Shown here: positions 52,941 to 64,000 of the stretch, in pieces
Layout of the letters: each line of letters starts with the position of its first letter
Numbering within the stretch: position 1 is the first letter of the stretch
Assembly (NCBI RefSeq): GCF_964355755.1
Contig: NC_092670.1
Location: forward strand, 30,430,388-30,494,387
DNA length: 64,000 nucleotides
Source: Antedon mediterranea
Taxonomy: Eukaryota; Animalia; Echinodermata
Direction of reading: 5' to 3'
The notes under the pieces: generated by a model
The model's database searches: none
Told to the model about the DNA's origin: nothing
What the model saw: only the letters and a program-made list of their open reading frames with translations
Position numbers and translations under genes: made by a program

Positions 52941-55900
52941 TAGTCAGGTGGCTTGGCAACAATTTTCAGGATTAACGTTACCGGCCGGACAAAAGTACAA
53001 AAATTGGCATGGAGTTTCCTTTCGACCTATCTATTGATTTTATCCGTGGAACCCACTTGATCGGGTCCGATTTTCCAAGATGGCGGCCAAAATCCAAGAT
53101 GGCCGCCAGAAAAAAGGAAATGCCATATATCTGGCTGTAAGACTCATAAATCAACAAATGGGGTGTCAATGTCAGAGTTTCTGGGTGTCACTGAAACAGA
53201 ATCTGGTCATGTCATGTTGCTCAGACCACCAATTTCCAAGATGGCGGCCAAATTTCAAAATGGCCACCAAAAAAATCAAATGTCATATATCAGACTGTAA
53301 AAATCAGAAATGAACAAATGAGGTGTCAATTCAGGGGTTTTTGAGGTTACTGTAATAGATGCTGGTCAAGCCATTTTGCTCAGGTCACCCAATTACAAGA
53401 TGGCGGCCAAATTTCAAAATGGCTGCCAAAAAAGGAAATATTGTATATAAGGTTGTAAAAATCATAAATTAACAAATAAGGTGTCAATTCAGAGGTAGGC
53501 CTATCTGAGGTTACTGAAACAGATACTGGTCAAGCCATTTTGCTCAGGTCACTCATTTCCAAGATGGCGGTCAAATTTAAAAATGGCCGCCAATTCTACA
53601 ATGAAAGAAGGATCACTCAGGTGAAATGGTAAGGAATATTTAATTGTATTGATTTTGTACATCGGCAGACAATAGAGTACCTCAACCCAGGACAAATCCC
53701 AGTGATTACGTTTGACCAGCCTCTGTTCACGCTCGCCAAGTATGTAGGCCTACAATAGAAATGGCCAGATCTCTATGGTGAGAAAGTCTACGTAGTTATG
53801 ATGGGCGGACTGCACATTGAGAAGGCACTATGGAACAGTGTTGGTGATTTATTAGATGGGTCAGGTTGGACAACGGCTCTCACTGAATCTGACGTTGCTT
53901 CATCTGGAACAGCCGATTCATTCCTGAAAGTATCACACATTACCAGAACTCGACATGCCCATCAAGTCACTGTTCTTGTTCTTCAGCGGCTACTGAATGA
54001 AGCATTCAACCAGAGATCTAATATTGATGAGAGTTTGAACAACTGGCTGGAACAAATGTGTAAGAAATCTCCCACGCTCAAGTTCTGGAACGCACACTAT
54101 GAGATTCTGATTCTCATATTTGTTAGAGCCCATCGGGAAAGAGACTTCCTATTGTATGTTTCTGTATTAGAGGCACTCGTGCCATTGTTTTTTGCGTTAG
54201 ATCATGTGAACTATTCTCGGTGGCTGCCTGTACAAAGAAGTATCAAGAGTATGTGAAGACCGTGCTCGTGGATCGTAGTCGTTCCATACATGATACGATC
54301 TCAAAGAATTCACCACCCTTGCTCTCAACAAAGCTCAAAGTCAAATCAAAGGATTGCAAGAAAGTAAAGGTGCTTGAGAACAATGTGGCACTCTTCGGCC
54401 AGTTATACATTTCCTTACAAAATAGAGATGGTGACATCAGTGAATTCTTTGCACACGAAGTACAGTCGTATCCTCCATCCCTGTCTGAGTTTGGAAAGCT
54501 TAATCTGTCTGGTACCAAATGTCATCTGTTACAATGTATCGAATCAAACCACACAGAGGCACCTGTATTTTATGACTGCAAAGTTCTGGATGGTGCGGTG
54601 ACAGTACATGCATTACCTGTAATAAATGTCTCAACATTCCAAGAATATGCTGACAACGTGTTTATACCCCATCTTAAACGTCAGCTACGTGACACAAAGC
54701 GAGTGGATGTTGTGAGGGACGAATACCGACCAGATAGCCTTAAGGAGGGAACCAGGGAGAAACAAGGCAAAGGTGTGCATAGAAAAGTATCAGGTGATAC
54801 CAAGCTGCCGGGCAACTGGAATGACTTCCTCCGTGATCCAATCAACAAGAAAGAACTTTTTGAATTCCTTTCATCAAAGTTGCGGATTGCAGCATCCCTC
54901 CTGAGTGTTCGGTATATATCACAGCTGGAGAGCATGTTACATATGTTGGAATGCAGTTCAAAATGTCCAGCTGTAATCAAGAGGAAGCAAACACTAGGAT
55001 TGTGTTTCACGTGAAGCACGCGTTGGAAAATGGAGCAAAATCCATCCAGGTGCGAACTGTGGATACAGATGTTGTCGTTGTTCTTATCAGTGTGTTTCAT
55101 GACCTCTCTCATATAAATGCTGATCTTGATCTCTGGATAGCATTTGGAACTGGAAAGAACTACACTCATTACAGTATCAACGCCATTTGTGTACATCTCG
55201 GTGAACGCAAATCACGTTCCCTGCAGATTTTCCACTCCCTGTCAGGATGTTATACTACCTCAGCGTTTAGAGTTACGGATGCCTTTCTTTATCTTGCCGC
55301 ACATCCGTTTGAGCATCTTCACTTACATTCTGAATCATTTCAAAGAATCGAGAGACTAGTTGTCGTAGTTTATGACAAAACAAGTAACGCCATGAATGTT
55401 AACAGTGCTTGGATGGAACTGTTCAGCCAGAAACAGCAAGCTGTTGACAAGATACCACCTACTCAAATGCACTACTCCAGCACACTAGAAGGGCCGTATA
55501 CCAAGCTGGCATCTGGACAACATGCATGTTATCTAAACAAACAAATCCGTGTCCAACCGACTATGCATGGGTGAAAGTTGGGAACTCATGGGAACCTGTC
55601 TGGTCTAGCATTCCAGAGGCATCTAAAGCTTGCAGAGAATTTGTGAAATGTGGCTGCAAAAGGGCCTGTACAGTCTGCAAATGCAGCAAGCAAGGCAAAT
55701 CTGCCTTGCACATCTCTTTGCCGGTGCACATGTTCATCCAAATAGGGTAAATCAACTGTACTATAACTGTAAACTGTTATGTAGCTATTATAGAAGTCCA
55801 ATAACCATCAACAAGTCGAGCCAAGTAAACCTTTTTCATATATTATTTTTGTTAATTTCTGATTTTTAACCCACATATGCCTACACAAAATTTTTGGAGT

Positions 55901-56384
55901 TTTTTTTGGCAGCCATTTTGAAATTTGGCCGCCATTTTGGAAATGGGTGACCTTAGCAAAATGGCTTGACCAGCATCTGTTTCGGTTGACCCCAGAAACC
56001 CCTGAATTAATACCTCATTTGTTCATTTCCGATTTTTACAGTGACACACACAACATTTCCCTTTTTTGGCGGCCATTTTAAAATTTGGCCGCCATCTTGG
56101 AAATAGGTGGTCTGAGCAATATGGCATAACCAGCATCTGTTTCATTGACCCCAGAAACCCTTAAATTGACACCCCATTTGTTGATTTACGAGTTTTACAG
56201 CCAGATATATGGCATTTCCTTTTTTCTGGGGGCCATTTTGGATTTTGGCAGCCATCTTGAAAAATCGGACCCGATCAAGTGGGTTCCACGGATAAAATCA
56301 ATAGATAGGTCGAAAGGAAACTCCATGCCAATTTTGGTACTTTTGTCCGGCCGGTAACGTTAAAATTGCTAAGCTACCTGACTA
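52941..56384 (+). mobile_element. Academ-superfamily (XPG-type) DNA transposon, internally deleted and frameshifted
   Basis: Long TIRs of about 500-650 bp starting TAGTCAGGT and ending ACCTGACTA, with 3-bp TSD TAA (52938-52940, 56385-56387). Internal ORF pieces: MGGLHIE, FFALDHVNYSRWLP, VLDGAV, XPG-like VRTVDTDVVV and HSLSGC.TTSAF, and a Cys-rich CGCKRACTVCKC end. Confidence 0.8.
53668..55750 (+). pseudogene. Disrupted Academ transposase / XPG-like nuclease
   Basis: Overlapping frameshifted ORFs 53798-54256, 54220-55014, 54951-55574 and 55526-55750. Confidence 0.75.
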
Positions 56385-58689
56385 TAAATGCAATCAAACG
56401 TTCAATTATTAGTCCACAACAGATTGCATACAACAACGCGCAAAATAACATTGTTTACAAATCTAATCTGTCAGGAGCCTTGCGAATTCTTCCTGATCTG
56501 CGATTTTCCAATTCTGGTGAATTAACTGTAGTTGTAGGTTTAGGTACAGTATCTGATAAATCATTAGTGTTGATTGAAGATTTTTTTTTTCTTTTTATTA
56601 TTATTCTTATTTCATACAGAGAATTACATAAGAAAAAAAAAGGGAAAAAACTAAAATACGTGTCTATAACAAGCAGTAGTAAAAAAGATTAACATTACAA
56701 TAAGTTAATAAAGTCTAACCATTGTTTAAAGATCATTTGATTCTCCATTTTGCCTTGCAATATACCTTAAAAAATGTAAAGCCTTAATACTTGACAGAGT
56801 TTTACCAATTCTACATTTATAAATTAAATACTATGTAAGAATAATAATTGCATTAACAGGAAAACATTGCGAAATATCTCCAAACAAAATCGAATCAATT
56901 GTAAAAGTTATTTATTTAATTATTAAATTAAAGATATTAAAGATAATAAACTTAAACAGTTGAACATCAAACTATTGCATTGTATAACACCTACCAAAAG
57001 AAGGCTGTTAAAATGGAAAATAAGCAACACAGATACTTGCCTACAATGCAACGTAGTAGATAGACTTGCTCCAAGTCTGTATTGTCTTTTTTTTTATTTA
57101 TTTGTTTTTATTTCGACCGCGATTTTTGTCTGAAAATACAGACTTGTGAAACACGTATAGAAATCGATTTGCAGACCGCAAGCATCCGATAAGAATGACG
57201 TAGGTTACGATACCGTATTTGGCTATATGGGGCGGGCGGTATGTAAATATGGATTTCGAATCAACCAATGATCATTTTGTTTCAAAATAAAAAAGATCGA
57301 GTACTATACGAACAGTGCTGAATGTACGATCGAGACTGTTGAAATATAAAATCGTGTTGCCAAGTTGTTTTGTTTATTAATTGTTTAGTCCTTGGCCTAG
57401 GCCTCCTTCGTAGGTCCTACTCAACTCGCACGTATGACCTGCCGAATAAAACGCCAATAAGGTAGGCCTACATACCACCACCGGCACACAACAGGGCTAC
57501 ACCACCACACAGGACAGGGTCTGGGTGGGAATTAAATCAAAATATCTCCGCGTAATAAATGATCCATTCAATCAATGTTTGATTTGCGGAGAAGCTAAAC
57601 TATCATATCAAGACGAGTTTTCATGTTCTTGGGAAAAATCCCATCAAATAATTACCAGACTACTAGGGATAAAATCATTTCTAGCCTTCAGAAACTTTCA
57701 TCAATGTACCCATGGAGGTACCTCCATGATGTACCCAAGTACACATTGTCTAAACGTAAAATAGCGCATGCGCATCATCTTAGATGTTGAGTCTTTGAAA
57801 TTCTGAAATATGAATATTAAAATAGTGTACGAGTGAGTAGCCAATCGCATGCAGCTGAAACTAGTCAACCGGATAATCGTATGCACCAAGAATTCTTGGT
57901 GTCAAACCACGTGACTTGTGCGTGTTTCCCCAGACGGAGTATCCAAAATCAAGTAGTAAACGTATGAAACGCCATATGTGCCAAAATATTTATCTTTTTA
58001 CTAATATTAAGACAAAACTCCGTCTGGAACCCAGACTACGTAGTAGAGGATGATGCCCATTTCTTTTATGAATGCACTAGTCCAGATCCCCATGTCAAAA
58101 AACGTGCCTTCGTGTGCAGATCATGGGGAAAGTGTAAACATTGTGTTTTATGAATAATTGAATCATGCTGGTTATAAAAACCCATGTTGTCAAATTTCTA
58201 AAATTCATCTTTGACCTCTGACCTCAATTTGAATGTTTTGACCCATTGAAAACAAAATGATCATATCTTTGCAACGCTTAGATTAAATGAAATAATTTTA
58301 GTGTCAAATTATTTGGGAGATGCATATTAATATTCGTTTTAATTGGAAAGTTTGTTCCAAAATGGCGGGAAGTATGAGTTTTGGCATATTTGACCTTTGA
58401 CCTACATATCATATAACTCCGTAACTAATAGTTGGACAAACTTTAAATAGGGCTCAAATTAATCTGAAGGTATATGTTTCTATTCAGTCTAATAAGAACT
58501 TTTACAAGAAAATGACCCAAAATCTTCTTATTGTATTGACCTTTGACCTGTACAGGTAGTACATATTTCTATAATCTCAAAAACTATGGGCCGTAAAATG
58601 GTTGTTTTTGTGAAATGGTTCGAACAATTTACATTTATATGTTGTATAATAACAACATTTTATAGAAATGTAAAAGAATTCTATTCATG

Positions 58690-59470
58690 ATCACTAACTT
58701 TATAATTTTATTAACATCACTAGCAGTTGTTATAATATTAAAATGTGTTATATTTGCTGATTTTAAGCACTTCCCATGAATTTATCAGAATTATGTGTAT
58801 TTAATATAAAGTTGTTTTTTTTATATATAAAGAAAATTTAATTGTCTATCAAATAAGACTATTTTCAAATTATTATGGCTAAAACTTAATTAGATACAGG
58901 CAAAAAAGTGGTTTTACATATCTGCAGCTTACAAACAGATGAGGAAGTGTTTCAGGTACATTGTCACAGAAAGTACATGCTTCATTTTGTCGAATACCAA
59001 TTCTTGTCAAAAAACATTTGTTGCAATTATTCTATTATTTATTCTATATTGGAACCATTGTAGGTTTGTTTGTCCGACACATTTAAAAGGAAGTTTGTAC
59101 ATTTGTTTCAGTTTCTCATCTGTTTTATTGACATTAATTTTTTCTTTCCATTTTCTCATACTTTTCGGTCGGTAAAAAGTTACATTGAATATTATAATGT
59201 TTTTTAAGTGTTCCCATGACATAAAAGATTTTTTTTCTGAACGTAATACATCGTTAATAATATAAACTATTCCCTTTTCATACCAGTTTTTAAAAAACAC
59301 TGGCCTATTGGCAACTTTTATTTCGTTAAAAAATTCTTGAGATATCTATAAAGTATTTGTTTCTGGGTAATTTCTTTGATTCAGATTATTCCAGGCAGTT
59401 ACAACATCATTCCAAAAAGCATTCATTTCAGAAGTTAAAAAAACACTTTTTCCCAAAATTTTACCACTCA
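58690..59470 (-). mobile_element. Tx1/L1-like LINE 3' fragment
   Basis: FWNDVVTAW, FFKNWYEKGI and LQWFQYRINNRIIATNVF, followed by a Cys/His knuckle-like region. Confidence 0.65.
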
Positions 59471-59474
59471 TAAG

Positions 59475-62400
59475 AGGAACAAAAAAATTAGAAAGAGATT
59501 TCCACTTGTTCAAAAAAGTGAAAGAATTAACAAATAAACTTGAGATTGCATATGATGATGAAACAAATATCCAATTAAGCAACATCCAGAAAGAGCTTAA
59601 TGATATATATTCAATTGAAGCACACGGTGCCCAAATTAGATCCCGATTGGACTGGTTTGAAAAGGGAGAAAAAAAAACTAAATTATTTTTAGGATTAGAA
59701 AAATCCAACGCAAAAAGAAAACACATTACTTCAGTATTAAAAAGTAATGGAAAATACACATCAGACACATCTGAAATTATAAAGGAAGAAGTAAGTTTCT
59801 TCAGAGAGCTATATGCAAAAAAAAATATCCCTGATCATAAAATTAATGAGTACTTACACAGATCAAATGTAAGCAAACTTTCAATTAATGACTATACTAA
59901 ATGTGAGGGATTATTATCATTTGATGAATGCACAAATGTTGTTTTAAAAATGCACCTTAATAAAAGCCCAGGATCTGATGGCTTGAGTGTTGAATTTTAC
60001 AGAAAGTTTTGGGACCATATAAAAGAAATGCTGTGTACAGCTCTGAACTATAATTATCACAACAATATACTTTCAAATTCACAAAGGAGAGGTATAATTC
60101 AATTACTTTTCAAAAGTGGACAAAGAGAGAAGTTAGAAAACTGGCGACCTATCACACTCATTAATGTAGATTATAAGATATTAGCTCATGTTCTATCAAT
60201 CAGATTACAAAAGTAATATCAACTATTATACATCCTAATCAAAAAGGTTACATTACTGGAAGATTTGGTGGTGAAAACATAAGACTTGTAGAAGATATAC
60301 TTTATTTTACTAATATCAAAAACAAACCCGGCGCCTTAATTTTCCTCGATTTTGCAAAAGCGTTTGATTCGGTAAACAGAAATTTAATGTTAAAAACGCT
60401 AACAAAATTTGGATTTGGTCCTTCTTTTATTAAATGGATTAAAGTAATATATCGGCCGTTCCAAGGCAAAACCACGTAACTCGCATTTTGGTCAATTTTG
60501 AGATTTTTACATTTGGGGAATTATTACAAATTTATGAACAACCTGTACAAATTTCAGGTTTCAGAGATCATTATTTTTAGAGATAGTACCACGTATCTTT
60601 AAGCAAAAAACAAATAATTCTGGTATTTTCCAAGGCAAAACGTATCTACCAGATACGTTGTTCTGCCACGGAAATGTATACGATTTTCGCTTCAAATTCT
60701 CACAATCAGCTAAGTTACATGATGTTGAGACAGAAACCGCTGATGCATGACGATATGCATAGCAACGATCTTAACTAAACGTAAACGATATATTAAACAA
60801 TACTAGGCTTATTAGGCTAGACAACTAATTTAATGTATTAATTTTTTTTCTAAGAATTAACTATATTTACGAAAAAGTTCAGGCAAGCTTGAAATTAGGC
60901 TAGGCTATTATTTTTGACAGACCTACCTAATCTAGCCTAGGCCTAGTACCCCAGTACTGTCAATGGAAATAGGCTAGGCCTAGGCTAGTACTAAGTAGGA
61001 CGGCCGTTTTTGCATTGTTGTACGTAGGCCTTGTAGTAGCAGGCTAGTAGGTAGGCTATAACATAATAATGTAAGTAAGTCTATATCCTAAATAGTAGAT
61101 CAAAATGGCTAAGCCTAGCTTCAAATGCACTCTTTGTAAAGCCAACCTAGTTCGTAGGCATTATTAGTGATCGCAGCCCTGTTGTTCAAAAAGAATTTCA
61201 ATCAAATTATTTTTAAAATAACCACAGTTACGTTGTTTTGCCATGGAATGACCACTGTTACGTTGTTTTGCCACAGGATATCGCAGTTACGTTGTTTTGC
61301 CTCAGAAATGACTTTCATTCTATGCACGTCATTTCCAAGGCAAAACAACGTATATGTTAAAAGTGGTAATAACTTTTGATCAAATTGTATAAATTATTTA
61401 AAATTTTGTATTTAATAATAATTATTATTTATTTATACTCATGCAAAATTTCACATCATTACGATAATTTGTTTCTGAAATGCAAACACTCAAACTTCAA
61501 TTCAATTTTTCTCGAAAAGCAACATTTTGTAGTTACGTTGTTTTGCCTTGGAACGGCCGATATACTGATACAGAAAGTATAATGGTAAATAATGGTTGGA
61601 TGTCGGAAAGCATTAATATGGAATGTGGAATAAGACAAGGGTGTCCTTTATCGGCCTTGTTATTTATATTGGTAGTTGAATTGATGGCCTGTAACATACG
61701 GAACAATCCCCTATGTAAAGGAATTGAATTGCCAAAAATAAATGATGAAGAATGTACTGTTAAGATAGCTCAGCTTGCAGACGATACTATCATCTTTACA
61801 AAAGATAAAGAATCGTTGATCTGCTTTTTACATGAGATTGAGCTATTCTGTAGAATATCAGGTTTAAGATTGAACAAAGGAAAAACAAATGGTATGTGGA
61901 TTGGTGCGAGTAAACATAATATGTCAGAACCATGTAATATTGCATGGACAAAGAAACCTGTAAAGTTTCTAGGAATTTATGTTGGATACGATAACAAATT
62001 ATGTGAAAAGAAAAACTGGGACGATAAGATTATTTCTTTAGAAAATATCTTAAGATTATGGAAAAGAAGAAATCTTACGTTCTTTGGAAAAATTATTATA
62101 ATTAAAACTCTAGCCATATCTAAACTAATATACAATGCTAGCATTATAACCGTACCAAAATATATCTTGCCCAAGGTGGAAAAGATAATATATAGTTTTA
62201 TGTGGAGTGGTAGACGAGAAAAGATTAAAAGAACCACACTCAATAGAAAAACAGATAAAGGTGGTTTAAATATGATTAATTTGAATGCAAAAGTCAAAGC
62301 ATTGAAGCTAAACTGGGTTAAGCGACTCCTTAGCCCAGATCCAGGAAAATGGAAATGTATACCGAATTATTTCATGCACCCTATTAAGTATACTGTTAAT

Positions 62401-62621
62401 ATCACTCAAATTAACAATGAAGATCATTCTGATCTAAAACTATTGCCTGTTTTCTATAGAGAAATACTAATTGCTATAGTTAATATTAACAACTTTAACT
62501 GGTCTGACCCACAAAACATTGAAGACGTTAAAAACCAACAATTGTGGGAAAATAAATGTATACAGTTAAATGGAAAGTCAATCTATTTCAAAGTTTGGCT
62601 TGATGCAGGTGTCATATTAAA
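59475..62621 (+). mobile_element. Tx1/L1-clade LINE ORF2 (RT), interrupted by a MITE and truncated by an LTR insertion
   Basis: RSRLDWFEKGEK, KSPGSDG, NWRPITLINVDYK, LDFAKAFDSV, GIRQGCPLS, QLADD and KFLGIY. Related to the element at 2080-4925. Confidence 0.88.
60453..61559. mobile_element. Non-autonomous DNA transposon (MITE) inserted in the LINE RT
   Basis: TIR CGGCCGTTCCAAGGCAAAAC.ACGTAACT is mirrored at 61531-61559. TSD is ATAT (or TA if the TIR is extended by one base). Excision restores KWIKVIYTDTE. Confidence 0.85.
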
Positions 62622-63011
62622 TGTTGTGATTCTCTGTCTTTAGAGAAGGATGCTTTAGACCAGGTCCGCCTTATTATTAGCCAATCAAAATCGTATAATT
62701 TTTGGAGGGAAAATGTTATCCTCCTCTGAAGCCTAAAATTTGCATATCCAGTATAAAAGTAGAATGTAATAGATATTAGAGGAGAAGAGAGAATAAGATC
62801 AGAGTAGATAAACGGAAAGATGATAAAGAGAATATTAAGGCGTTACTGGAAGTGGTAGAAAGATGTATTAATCGAATTACAAGGAATAAAAGTTCTAGTT
62901 GTGTTAAATATACTTTTTGTATGAGTTATCATTCAGTGACAGTGTACGTCGCGTGGAGTTATATATATACGCCTGAGAAAGCTCGGAACCAACTAAAATA
63001 AATTCACTACA
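62622..63011 (+). mobile_element. 5' LTR of a Gypsy retrotransposon
   Basis: Begins TGTTGTGA and ends TCACTACA (imperfect TG...CA inverted termini). Contains CCAAT (62681), TATAAAA (about 62752) and AATAAA, and is followed directly by a PBS. Confidence 0.75.
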
Positions 63012-63025
63012 TGGTGGCAGCGGTG
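63012..63025 (+). promoter_or_regulatory. Primer-binding site complementary to the tRNA-Leu 3' end
   Basis: TGGTGGCAGCGGTG is the reverse complement of CACCGCUGCCACCA, the 3' end of eukaryotic tRNA-Leu(AAG)-type tRNAs. Confidence 0.75.
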
Positions 63026-63542
63026 AAAATTTTTGTTTACATGATTTAAGTATCAAGAAGAAGAAGACGAAGAAGTGACAGTGCCTACTCTACGGGCCTG
63101 TTAAATCAGTAACCAAAAAGTTAAATGGTTACGAAGATCTGGATTCCTGACAGTTTTTATACCGTGCGTTGTTTGGATATTACAACGAAGAAGTACTGTT
63201 GAGCTCAAGACTGCTGGATATTCATCGGAGATATATATTCACCGAGATCTGAAAGAAGAAGACTGAAGTAACAGAAGGAAGCCCAGAAAATTTTGAGAAG
63301 ATTTGCAAAGCTGACTTTGTAAACTATTTTTATTTCGAAAGTAAATTTTTGTACAGAGCGAACTTGGAACGTTGTTTGTGACTTTGAAGTAAATTAAAGT
63401 CTTATATTGTATTGCATTAAAAAAATTTATGTGGATTTCATATTTTTTACATATCTGAATGGAATCAAGGTAATACAAATACTTTTATAACATATTTTGT
63501 ATACATAAGTTTACATATTTCATTAGTAAAATTGTTATTAGC

Positions 63543-64000
63543 ATGACAACTTTAAGATCGGGTAAAAATATAGATAAGACTATGTCAGAAAAAGATACTA
63601 GGGAAGATATGGTTGACCAAGAAGAGGTTGACCAAGTCAATGAAATGTATGATAACATGGCTAGGGATATTGATTTGCCCGAAATACCCGGCGGTATGCC
63701 TAAAGATATGATGCTCGAATATTTTCGAATGAAGGCCGAAAACAAAAAGTTAGAATTACAATACCAACAAGACCAATTAAGATTAGAAGCAGATATAGAG
63801 CAAAGAAAAATTGAATCACAAGAAAGAGTGAAAATGATGGAATTAGAAAATAGGTCTAGCTACAGTAATGCTAGGAATATAGTAGATGAAATGAAGGTAA
63901 AGGTTCCTACTTTGAAGGAATCAGATGATATTGATATATATTTTAGAACATTTGAACACTTGGCAGAAGCCACAGGTTGGGATAAGAATACGTGGTCCGC
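63543..64000 (+). CDS. gag: Gypsy (Gmr1-like) Gag, partial; runs off the window
   Basis: ATG 63543 is open to the window end: MTTLRSGK, a coiled-coil region, then VPTLKESDDIDIYFRTFEHLAEATGWDKNTW, a typical Gypsy capsid N-domain pattern. Confidence 0.75.
   Translation, partial: MTTLRSGKNIDKTMSEKDTREDMVDQEEVDQVNEMYDNMARDIDLPEIPGGMPKDMMLEYFRMKAENKKLELQYQQDQLRLEADIEQRKIESQERVKMMELENRSSYSNARNIVDEMKVKVPTLKESDDIDIYFRTFEHLAEATGWDKNTWS

Noticed and set aside
57000-58690. Probable further non-autonomous elements (CCAGACGGAGT/ACTCCGTCTGG pair, GACCTTTGACC motifs)
   Set aside because: Ends and TSDs could not be fixed by eye.
63485-63745. Minus-strand 86-aa ORF
   Set aside because: Antisense shadow of the plus-strand gag.

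Overview
AT-rich animal genomic DNA with spliceosomal GT-AG introns and dense repeats (probably an invertebrate; an echinoderm is a guess). Two host genes lie head to head about 9 kb apart. On the minus strand is a two-exon Patched-domain/RND sterol-sensing transporter (PTCHD3/Ptr-like, about 867 aa, 22887-18171). On the plus strand is a type I iterative polyketide synthase with four coding exons (about 2435 aa, 32119-46714): KS-AT-DH-(degenerate ER)-KR-ACP plus a fused type II-like thioesterase. Between them are a 39-bp x about 20 minisatellite and a candidate CCAAT/E-box/CRE promoter. The rest is nested mobile DNA: Tx1/L1-like and CR1/L2-like LINE fragments, an Academ DNA transposon with TIRs and TSD, Helentron-type non-autonomous elements, several MITEs, and the 5' LTR, PBS and gag of a Gypsy element at the right edge. 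The main candidate system is the divergent PKS plus RND transporter pair, a possible animal synthase-plus-exporter cluster resembling mycobacterial pks/mmpL loci. All calls were made by eye, without database searches.
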